DNA from: an uncultured Candidatus Peribacteria bacterium
GTDB taxonomy: Bacteria; Patescibacteriota; Gracilibacteria; UBA1369
Direction of reading: 5' to 3'
Assembly: GCA_965231025.1 (NCBI GenBank)
Contig: OZ246407.1
Coordinates: 746,935-810,934, forward strand
DNA length: 64,000 nt
The notes under the pieces: model-generated
Seen by the model: the letters and a program-made list of their open reading frames with translations, nothing else
The model's database searches: none
Told to the model about the DNA's origin: nothing
Part shown: positions 62,913 through 64,000 of the stretch, piece after piece
Numbering within the stretch: the stretch's first letter is position 1
Layout: every line of letters starts with the position of its first letter
Position numbers and translations under genes: made by a program

Positions 62913-64000
62913 TTCTTCGGAAGGAAAAAGAGTGACTTAAGCTTATGATCCTCAAGGGAAAAGATGGAACCGTTCTGTAAAAAGTAACGGCCCTTTTCCT
63001 GGAAATCAAACAGGGGGTACACGTTGGTAAACGAACTGTCGGCAAGAAAGACTTTTTTCTGGCGCCCGAACACAAAGTGGCCGTCCCCGAAAAGCATCCC
63101 CATAAGGGAAAAATCCGTCGGCAAAGTGGTGACCAGCAGCTTCTTCTTCAGCAACGGCCTGTAAAGGAAGATATTCCCGCTTTCATCGGAAAAAAGAACC
63201 CTTTGTCCCCCATCCTGGTAGACCTCACTTTTCAATTTGGGAGTCAACAGGGTCGGAATGCCGCGCTCATCCATCGCATAGAGCGAACGACCATTATCGA
63301 CGTTACGAACAATATACATGCCCCCCGATGAACCGCTGAGGGGAACATGGCGTATATAGGCGACCTTATGGGAACGGTCAATGAGCCTGATATTCTTGCC
63401 CATATCATCAGCCGCATAGGCAAGCCCTCCGGAAAGATACACCAGCCTGCCGTCATGGACATCGAACTGATCAACATTGCGTGCAACGAGATGCTCGGAC
63501 AAATCCTTCAGGTCAAGCAAGGGAAGCCGATCAATATCCGTACGGTAAAGATGCCCGTCATGTATAAAATAGGCCGCATTCCTGGAAGGAAGCAAAGTCA
63601 GCTCGGCTGAACCATTGGGAAGCCGAAAATCGACAAAACGCGGACCGTTAAACTCCACCCACTCATAACTCCCGTCAGCGAAAGTCACTAAAAACTTTTG
63701 TGAAGAATAAATGCGGACATCCTCCACGTCCTGTCTCGAAAGTTTCAACTCCTCCTCCTTCATGGTCCCCTCTTTGAGCAGATAAACAAGAGTGAGATAA
63801 TCATGCCCCTCGGTCAAAACGACGATAAAGTCATCCCCGTAAAAATAACGGCTCTTTTCGGGAAAATGAACGAGTTGCTGGACAAGCTTTTCAGTGTTCT
63901 TGGGGACAAGAACGACGTCATCAACCTTCGTCACAATGTCGGTATGAACCTGAAGGTTACGGCTCCAGGGCAAATAATTCAGTTTACTGACGGATAAATG
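62909..64000 (-). CDS. Hypothetical beta-rich protein, 5' end beyond the window
   Basis: The reading frame stays open from the track TTG at 63973 to the window edge, so the gene is probably truncated here. No motif recognised. Its stop overlaps the previous gene's stop (CTAA). Confidence 0.5.
   Translation of the reverse strand, partial: HLSVSKLNYLPWSRNLQVHTDIVTKVDDVVLVPKNTEKLVQQLVHFPEKSRYFYGDDFIVVLTEGHDYLTLVYLLKEGTMKEEELKLSRQDVEDVRIYSSQKFLVTFADGSYEWVEFNGPRFVDFRLPNGSAELTLLPSRNAAYFIHDGHLYRTDIDRLPLLDLKDLSEHLVARNVDQFDVHDGRLVYLSGGLAYAADDMGKNIRLIDRSHKVAYIRHVPLSGSSGGMYIVRNVDNGRSLYAMDERGIPTLLTPKLKSEVYQDGGQRVLFSDESGNIFLYRPLLKKKLLVTTLPTDFSLMGMLFGDGHFVFGRQKKVFLADSSFTNVYPLFDFQEKGRYFLQNGSIFSLEDHKLKSLFFLPKN

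Overview
Gene-dense chromosomal window from a compact bacterial genome with moderate GC. It uses the standard code: TAA, TAG and TGA all terminate well-supported genes. I count about 50 protein genes and 2 tRNAs (Lys-CUU, Arg-UCG). I saw no rRNA, CRISPR array, transposase, integrase, reverse transcriptase or prophage block.

The backbone is housekeeping: radA, tatD, nadB, prmC-prfA, rpsU, gyrB, gyrA, rpmE, tgt, ruvA, ruvC, pepP-like, purQ/S fusion, glmS, pyk, gpmI, manC-like, secDF, priA, trpS, pyrG, lgt. Envelope genes include two SLH-anchored proteins, a GT4 glycosyltransferase and a prepilin peptidase. A co-directional + strand gene string of about 20 kb runs from tgt (34084) to about 53935.

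The combination of traits suggests an uncultivated small-genome lineage, CPR/Patescibacteria-like. These traits are many lineage-specific large ORFs, SLH anchoring, fragmentary biosynthetic pathways, very short intergenic spacers and overlapping stop codons. This placement is inference only.

No canonical defence or mobile system is visible. The unusual content is a set of atypical architectures:
- a 1245-aa membrane/coiled-coil giant with a PT-TG-like core plus a small partner gene
- a 1056-aa class III nucleotidyl cyclase with large unknown flanks
- an orphan VirB4-like ATPase with a 330-aa Pro/Ala/Gln-rich extension, lying between gyrB and gyrA
- SecDF with parvulin PPIase modules inserted in the SecD head
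- a 958-aa protein ending in a class-V aminotransferase fold with an altered PLP motif
- a His-rich mini-protein next to an SLH-anchored cupredoxin
- a PurQ-PurS-PurS fusion
- two non-coding oddities: an inverted-repeat-closed structured element before pyrG, and a 79-nt G-free tract before ruvA

All family assignments come from motif recognition by eye. No database searches were run.
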